Assembly: GCF_004010195.1 (NCBI RefSeq)
Contig: NC_057720.1
Location: forward strand, 35,468,028-35,512,254
Direction: 5' to 3'
Length of the DNA stretch: 44,227 bases
DNA from: Chiloscyllium plagiosum
Lineage: Eukaryota
Shown: in pieces, positions 37,019 to 44,227 of the stretch
Layout of the letters: each line of letters begins with the position of its first letter
Numbering within the stretch: position 1 is the stretch's first letter
The notes under the pieces: generated by a model
What the model was told of the DNA's origin: nothing
Seen by the model: the letters and a program-made list of their open reading frames with translations, nothing else
Databases searched by the model: none
Position numbers and translations under genes: made by a program

Positions 37019-37779
37019 TGCTTCAAATTAAACCTGTTGGACTATAACCGGTTGTTGTGTGATTTTTAACTTTGTACACCCCAGTCCAACACCGGCATCT
37101 CCAAATCATAACTTCTGTTTCCATATTTATAACAGCACTTGAAAGAAAATAATGCTTCAATTCTCAACATCATGAAGTGGTTCCTTGAAGATTTTGCTAA
37201 GTGAATATTCTTTTATTTTCATGGTACTTAAGAACACAGACTTGTTCTTCAACTGACATGACAGGCCCAGCTGTGAAGCACAGCTGACACATACTCTGAA
37301 GCTTTCATTAGAAAAATGGTTCAAATTGATCACAGCCCTTGTACCTGCAATCCCCCTAGCAGCTCCCACTAGACACTGCTTTTTCAATATTTTATAACTT
37401 CTGAAATGAGACACTGTGCTCCTTGCCCTACCTCATTTAGGTAAAACAAGGGAGCTAACGGGGAATTTTGTTTGACAAGCTCTCATTTCTCAGCTCTTCT
37501 GCCCTCAGTGAGCCAGAAGTAGAGTATTGCTAAAATTACATTCCCTACAACTGGTCAAGTAAAGGTCAAATACTAGCGATGAGAAAATGGTTGAGATTTG
37601 ACAGGTTTCTTTAAAGGAAAATTACCACCTGATTTTTATTCTTTCACACAGATTTTTACAGAAGAAAGTCTTATAGTTTTGCAGTATGTTAACTATGAAT
37701 GTTTTTATTTCTAATTTGCCTTTGGATGAAGAAAAGCAAATGCTCAAAGCATCAAGAAATATATCCCCAATGCAGGGTA

Positions 37780-38938
37780 AACATCACATGCCACCATAAC
37801 CCCACTGATTCCCACAGTCACCTTGACTATACTTCCTCCTATCCGGTTTCCCGTAAGGGATCTTTTTCATTCTCCAGTTTCTCCAACTCCATCACATCTG
37901 ACAATGCTACCTTCTATACTAGAACTTGTGACAAGTCCTCCTTTTTCTTCAACTGAGCTTTCCCCTCTCTCACGGTTGACAGAGACCCAACCTTGTCAGT
38001 TCCATTTCACACCCTCTTCCCTCACGGCTACCTTTTCTTTATGGAATCATGTTAAGCTTCTCCTTTCCCTCCACCTACTTCAACAGCATCCAAACTCCAC
38101 AAATTATCCAATGCACCTCAAGCATGATGTCATTACAAACATGTCTCCCCTCTATAGTTCCAAAGGTAGGACTCCTTCTGCAATGCCCTGGCCTACACCT
38201 CAATCATATTCAACATCACACCCCTTTCTTAAGCACCTTCCCGTGCAAGCACAGATGATACCTAATCCTTTTCCATCATCCAGAGGCCCAAAACTACTTC
38301 TAGATGAAACAGATATTCAGTTGCACTTCTTTCAATTTAGTATTCTGTTTTCATTGCTCATAATACAATCTTCTCTAAGTGGAGACACCAAATGTAATTT
38401 GGATTAACTGCTTTGTGAACGCGATCATTCACTTCGCAGGCATTGCTACCAGTTTCTGGTTGCTCTCATTTTATTCTCCATCCTCTTAAGACTCTCCACA
38501 TTGTATACTGGGCTTTATTGGAACACACAATAAGGAGCACCTCAACTTTCTACAGCCACATTGGCAGGCTTCTGGTTCAACTCTGAATTCAACAATTGCA
38601 AACTATTACCCTTGTCTCCATTTTCTTTGGACAGCAGCTAGTAGTGATGATTCTACTATTTATACTTACATTTATCTTAGATCCAGCTGTAGTTTCTTTA
38701 CTTAACTCAATACCACCCTGCTTTAAACCTGCACCATGAACATCTCTGCATTCCAAAGACCTTTTCCTTCATTCTTCCTCCCTCAACTACCGTGGGTCTC
38801 TGTACTTATTTAAAACCTGCAACATAACTAGCATTTTCTGTTCTAACAGGCCATAGGTTTAAAACGTTAACTTTGTTTTATCTTTCATAGCTGCTGCCGT
38901 GACCTGCTGATTATTTCTAAAATTTTGTTTTTATTTCA
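37780..38938 (+). mobile_element. Degenerate Penelope-like element (RT C-terminus, endonuclease remnant, terminal repeat)
   Basis: Encodes PTDSHSHLDYTSSYP and SGDTKCNL (cf. YIGETKR.L). Terminal motif aaaacgttaact...gctgc..gacctgctga. Confidence 0.7.
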
Positions 38939-39039
38939 CTTTTGTACATTCAGCTGCTGATTTTGATAGCTTATAATTAGAAGGCCGCCACAAATTGTTC
39001 AGAATGTATTTTCTCAGTCTGCACTAACAGGGCCAGTTA

Positions 39040-40450
39040 AACAGAAACAAGGGGCAGGAGAAGGCCATACAAATCTGCTCCGCCATTCAATATAATACTA
39101 CGATTTTCTCCCCATACCATTTGATGTCATTAAAATCTAAAAATTTGTCTCTTTCTTGAATGACTTGGTCTCCACAGCCTCTATAATAAGAGAATTCACC
39201 TTTGAGTGAACATATTCTTCCTCATCTCAGTCCAAAGTGGTCTACCCCATAAACGAAGTCTGTAACCCCTGGTTCTGGACTCCCCAACCAGGGAAAAGAT
39301 GCTCTCTGCATCTCGTCTGTCCTGCATGGTTAGAATTTTATACATTTCAATTAGATTCCCTCTCTTTCTTCTAAACTCTAGTGAATACAGGCCCCGTCGA
39401 ACTAATCTTCCTGATAGCATGTACCTGCCAATCCCAGTATCAACCTAGCCAACTTCTACTGCACTCCCTCAATGGCAAGTTTAGCATTTTTTAGGTAGGG
39501 AGTCCAAAAAGATGTATAATTCTCCAAGTGGGTCTAAAGGGGAAAGATGGTGGTGTAGTAGTAATGTTGTTGAACAAGCAATACAGAGGCCTGGCAGGGA
39601 TCTGGTTCATAAATGCCCTTTACTGAAGGAAATCTACAGCCTTTACATGGTCTGGCCAACATGCAATTCCAGACCCACGCAAAGTAGTTGACTCTTAACT
39701 GGGAAATTAGGAAGGGGCATTAAATGCTGGAACTTGCCAACAATACCTACATTCCCTGAACAAATTTATAAAAAGGTGTTCATTCATCATAACCGCAGCA
39801 ATACAGCCTCTTATCGACTTACTCAACTTGTCTACGTCATCTTGAAGCCTCCTTAAAATTCACAATTCCGCTCAGTTTTGTATCATCAGCAAACATGGAA
39901 CTGTTGCATTTGTTTGGTCATTTATATACATCACCCAAGAACTGAACCTTTTGGTACCCCACTAATCACTGCCTGCCATTCTGAAAAAGACCTATTTGTT
40001 CCCACTCTCTATTTCCTGTCCGTCAATCAATTCTCAATCCATGCCTATACAATACATTACTCCCTATCCCATTTGCTTTAATTGCACCTTTTAACCGCTT
40101 TCCAAAAATTCAAATACACCACATCACTGGTTCTCCCTAATCTATTCTCTTAGTTATATCCTCAAAAAGTTACAATAAATTTGTAAAGAATGATTTATCT
40201 TCTATGAACCCATGGTGACTTGGTCCACCTCGTTAATGATTCCCAGGTGAGCTGTTACCGCATCTTCTAGGATAGATATTAGCATTTTCCTCAGTACTGA
40301 TTAGAGGCTAAACTGATTTGTAATTCTCATCTTTTTTCTCCTTCCCTTTTTAAATAGTGGGGTTATATGGGTCACCCCTCAATCTGCAGGAATTGCTCCA
40401 GAGTCTAAAGAATCTTAGAAGATGACCACCAATGCATTCAATATTTCTAG
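39040..40450 (-). mobile_element. Degraded CR1 LINE, interrupted by a SINE at about 39545-39773
   Basis: ORF 39196-39420 contains GLYSLEFRRKRGNLIEMYKIL...GESRTRG...EMRKNMFTQR. tttgctgatgatacaaaactg (FADDTKL) lies on the minus strand near 39880. Confidence 0.8.
39545..39773 (+). mobile_element. tRNA-head SINE sharing its 3' tail with the RTE-X/L4-like LINE (MamSINE1-like, tentative)
   Basis: A-box-like tggtgtagtagtaatg, core gaaggaaatct...tggtctggcc..catg...ccagacccac...gttgactcttaactg and tail aattaggaaggggcattaaatgctgg. Confidence 0.5.
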
Positions 40451-40716
40451 GACTATTGATGGTCATTTGTCAACTCCTAGAGACCAATTAGTATCGATGC
40501 TCCATTGTTGCAATCCACCACAGAGGCAAAGGAACAGTTCGATGAGGAGCTTAATATACTAAAAGCGCAATTTCCAGGGCAGAACAACTTTACCTACAGG
40601 GGATTTCTAAGTAACAGTAACTGTAGAACAATACTGATGGCATTGATTTCTCAGACCCCAGGATCTATGATGAATCAACAAAGACAGAAGCTACTTGAAA
40701 TTTGATTAATGGACTT

Positions 40717-40991
40717 GGGCAACATGATGGCACAGTGCCTCACAGCAGCAGAGTCCCGAGTTTGATTCTCACCATGGGTAACTGTTTATGTGAAGTTTGC
40801 ACATTATCCCCATGTTTGCATGAGTTTCCTCTCAATGCACCTGCTTCCATTCACAGTCCAAAGATGCGCAGGTTGGGTGGATTAAGTTTGGGTATTACAG
40901 GGAACTGGGTCTGGGTGGGATGCTCTTTGGAGGGTCAGTGTGGATTCAATAGGCCGAATTGCCTCTTCCCACGCTGTAGAGATTCTATGAC
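40717..40991 (+). mobile_element. Older HE1-type SINE
   Basis: gggcaacatgatggcacagtgcctcacagc...gtttgcacattatcccc...tail tgtagagattctatga. Confidence 0.75.
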
Positions 40992-42439
40992 ATAAGGACA
41001 ATACACTGCAAGGCTATAAGGATAGAAAGGGTGAATGACACTGAGCTATCATGGACTGGATGGGCAAAATGGCCTCTTTCCATGCTGTATTAATTCAATG
41101 AAAAAAGGCAAACAGAAACAAATAGCTCAGCTGGGTTAGAAAAGGACCCAAAGAGAACACAGCCTAGCAAATCATTCACACCTCAGTTCAGTGCCTTGCT
41201 TCGCACAAATGCAGCAGGGACTGTATGACAGAGTGAGGCCCCTGAGCCTCACCGTTCATACATATTTCATACAAAATTGACCACCACCACAGTACAAACC
41301 CATCATCCTATGAGTCAGACGGTGGTTTCCACGAGTGATCATCCAATATCTTCCAAGTTCCTAAAAAGAATGCTTTCAGTACTAAGCAAACCAGTTTCCC
41401 CGCTGTCCACATTAATTAAACTCTAGATACAACTCTTAAACAGATCATCCCAGAAGAGGTTTGTAGAAATTTCAAGAAGAGGCTTATATTTTCCAATTCC
41501 ACTACTTCTCAAACATTTTATTTGTAAAAAAAAGTCTAGCTTGGATTGAACAACCCTAATGGAGCACCCAATCCCGTACAAAAGAAGAGGTTGAGAAGAA
41601 AGCCACAGTTCAGTTGGCAAAACCTGCCAGTTGGTAAGAGAATATCTAATTATTTTAGGAAGATAATGTTATTAAGAATAGAATGATTTGAGACCATCCC
41701 GGACTCAGGTTACATTTGAACTGAATACAGAATACAGCCTTATTTACAGTGACCTATCAATCAATTTGAATCAAGAAAAAAAATACAATTTTGGCCAGCT
41801 ACTAACATTTACAGTGGAAAAATGAATGTTAACGGTTTTAGTTTTCTTACATTCTTAATTTAAAACTATTCCTTATGTTAACTGTTTTCAATTATAGTGC
41901 AGAAGTATTCAATGTTAAATATCAATCTTGCAATACTGACAGAAATGATCCAAATGGGATGAAAGAGGGTTAAAGATGGTGCAACAGCAAGTGTTAGTAG
42001 GAAGAAAATAATGAGAGATGGGAGGGTAGTTGAGGGGCAACACAAAGATAAGTGGAAAGAATTGGCTGAGGACACTATTTTGCTGGAGAGAAAAATATAG
42101 CTTGTTTTTTTTTTCCCCTTCAGTTCTAGAAAATCTGTTTGAGACATTAAGTAGTTGCAGAAAATTGTATCAAATAAATCCTTTACAATTACAACCATTA
42201 CTTCGACACATCTATCTAATGGATACCATTGGAATTGGTAATATTTTGAGACTATATCATTCCAGTCATTAGTGCATGTTTACGCATTAATCTGAGCTGA
42301 CAATTCAACATATAATGAAGTATGGCTGCATTCTCAAAAGTGTTCCTTTCCTGATGAGAGTACAATGATACCTCTTCGAATTGTTCGAGTGGACAAAACA
42401 GATTTCTTACAGTGCCCTGGTCAACATTATTCTCTTAAA

Positions 42440-42608
42440 TGTCATGGTAAATTGTCCACAGTGTCCAGGGATGTGCAGGCTAGGCGGATTAGCCATGGTA
42501 AATTTGGAGTTACGGGGATAAGGTGGGGTCTGGGTGGGATGCTCTTTGGATGGCCAGTGCAGACTCAATCGGCCGAATGGCCTTTTTCTGTATTGTAAGG
42601 ATTCTATG
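42440..42608 (+). mobile_element. HE1-type SINE 3' half
   Basis: gatgtgcaggctaggcggattagccatggtaaa...gggtctgggtgggatgctctt...tgtaaggattctatga. Confidence 0.7.
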
Positions 42609-43117
42609 AAATAACACGAGCAATAAGAAAAAAAACCTGTCTGATCATTTCCCTGATTTGCCTTTTGTTCACCTTGCTATACCCCTGTGAAGTCCTTCAA
42701 TTTGTCCTGTGAGAGACATTGATGTCCCTTAGAAAAGTTTGCTCTGTCTTTATCTCTTTCGAGAGAAAATAGGTTATGACACCAATCTTTAAACCAACAT
42801 TTTACCACAAACAATCTCTGCATATTTTCATTTAAATCCTGAAATTTCTTGACTCCATTCAGACCTTTATCCCATCTGGGTCTAGACTGGACCAATACAA
42901 TGATCCTAAACACACACCATATAGTTGGAAACTGTCAATCAAGTGCACTTGCACTTAAAGTTCAAAGCACTGAGAAGCTTCAAATAATTTAAAATGATTT
43001 ATACCAAAGTTTTAATTTAAAATTAGACTTTAGGGGAGGAAAAAAAAGACTTCACACAAATCAATTTAAAATTTAACTAACAGCAGCAACGTTCAAAACA
43101 TTCATAACATTGCATAC

Positions 43118-43256
43118 CTCGAAAGCCACCTTCCAATAAAGTTGTAGCTCGTATTCTCTTCTGCCCACACCATTCGTACTCTTCAAACCTGTTCACACTT
43201 CCACTCTCATTTTCTATGTCCACTGACTCATCATCATTTGTGCAAGAGCCATCTCT
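43118..43256 (-). CDS. RNF220: RNF220 internal coding exon (139 nt, phase 0 to 1): RDGSCTNDDESVDIENESGSVNRFEEYEWCGQKRIRATTLLEGGFR(G)
   Basis: Manual translation matches the recalled vertebrate RNF220 segment REGSC..VDIE..NRFEEYEWCGQKRIRATTLLEGGFRG. Acceptor ttcaatccacAG and donor GAG|GTATGC. Confidence 0.96.
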
Positions 43257-43925
43257 CTGTGGATTGAAATAAACTGTTTAAGCCAGTTTTGGAAAACGGC
43301 TTCCACTACTTTAAGTTTCATACAAGTGTCACTTCAGGTTTTTTCATTAACATCAACCAGTGATAGAGAAAATTATCTCTTCCTTTTCAGTAAACTTGAT
43401 GACATTTGACACAAATATATCACAAATAGGAGTCATATGAAAAGAAAATATACAATGATAGTTGTTTATCAAACAAGAAAACCTGATGTTCCAATTTCTT
43501 TTATTAAGCTAAAAATCTTTGTCTTCAGCAACTTATTACACAACTCCTGGTCTTTTCTGAAACAAACTAAGATTAGTTGAATGTGCACTCATTGAACTTT
43601 AAACGCTACATTTCCTGGTATGGTTTCTTCAAATTAAAATTTTACAAATACTGTCCAATGAATAGCATAGCCTAGCACACTTAATGAGTCTAATCTTCAA
43701 TTTCAAAACAAATGTATGATAGAGGTTAATTTAACAGGTTGTCGAATGTTTTAATATGTTTTCACTTCAGTCATTAGTAGCAGTTATACAGGGCTGAAAC
43801 GTCAATACTATTAATCCTGGTGAAAAGACAACTACCATTAAGTGTATCTGTAGTTTACAATGGCATCATGGTTGACACACACATGGTGGACCAAAGGGCC
43901 TGCTCCTATGCTGTACTGTCCTATA

Positions 43926-44030
43926 CAGTCAGTTCTTCTATAACGTGATGGTTGCATTCTTGCGCAACCCCACATTATAGAAAAATCACGCTTTAGAAGT
44001 AGCGCTTAATGTATTGGCAATGTAATGGTG
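43926..44030 (+). mobile_element. Left end of a pogo/Tigger-like DNA transposon (tentative)
   Basis: TA followed by CAGTCAGTTCTTCTATAACG, plus a subterminal inverted copy (ttctataacgtg and cacattatagaa). The other end is not in the window. Confidence 0.4.
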
Positions 44031-44032
44031 TT

Positions 44033-44227
44033 GAAAATGTGTTGCTGGAAAAGCGCAGCAGGTCAGGCAGCATCCAGGGAACAGGAGAATCGACGTTTCG
44101 GACATAAGCCCTTCTTCAGGAATGAGGAAAGTTTGTCCAGCAGGCTAAGATAAAAGGTAGGGAGGAGGGACTTGGGGAAGGGGCGTCGGAAATGGGATAG
44201 GTGGAAAGAGGTCAAGGTGAGGGTGAT
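44033..44227 (-). mobile_element. Young Penelope-like terminal repeat running off the window edge
   Basis: The reverse complement reads ttcctgaagaagggcttatgtccgaaacgtcgattctcctgttccctggatgctgcctgacctgctgcgcttttccagc, with CpGs intact. Confidence 0.8.
44089..44122 (-). ncRNA. Minimal hammerhead ribozyme-like motif
   Basis: tc-CTGAAGA-a-GGGC-ttat-GTCC-GAAA-cg-TC-ga, with the palindromic ACGT at stem III and a GUC cleavage triplet. Confidence 0.6.

Larger units (their letters stand above)
35598..37109 (+). mobile_element. Young Penelope-like insertion with long inverted terminal repeats, 37-nt tail and 12-bp TSD; centre lost in the gap
   Basis: 35598 to about 35937 is the near-identical reverse complement of 36730-37072. 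Tail at 37073-37109. TSD aacttctgtttc at 35586-35597 and 37110-37121. Both arms carry a hammerhead motif. Confidence 0.88.

Noticed and set aside
37823..38407. 194-aa ORF
   Set aside because: An open frame within a decayed Penelope element, not a coherent protein.
1..44227. CRISPR array, operon or other prokaryotic system
   Set aside because: No regularly spaced repeats and no long ORFs. The sequence is a vertebrate intron-exon locus.

Overview
This is eukaryotic, not microbial, DNA. It is AT-rich and transposon-dense with one 746-N gap, and the HE1-type SINEs plus CR1/Penelope content point to a shark or other elasmobranch. The whole window lies inside one minus-strand gene, the E3 ubiquitin ligase RNF220. 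Five consecutive, phase-compatible coding exons (43256-43118, 23551-23455, 22719-22633, 19935-19880, 18119-18038; 461 nt) translate to RDGSCTNDDESVDIENESGSVNRFEEYEWCGQKRIRATTLLEGGFRGSGFVTCSSKENHDSDADLDVDGDDTLEYGKPQYTEADIIPCTGEEPGEAKEREALRGAVLNGGTPSNRITPEFSKWASDEMPSTSNGESGKLEVQTQKTCKNSEIE(K). None of these exons appears in the ORF track. I did not find the RING-domain exons, which presumably lie left of the window. Highlights: (1) the 735-nt intron 22720-23454 has minor-spliceosome (U12) signals but an atypical GC 5' end (GCATCCTTT...CCTTAAT...AG); (2) three independent Penelope-derived insertions share one architecture of TSD, inverted repeat and a 34-37 nt unpaired tail; (3) several minimal hammerhead-ribozyme motifs occur in Penelope termini, two of them sense to the RNF220 pre-mRNA; (4) an inverted duplication of unique flank plus SINE head; (5) candidate enhancers and a CpG-rich candidate internal promoter or exon. 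Repeat family names come from recalled consensus features and repeat boundaries are approximate. No database search was run.
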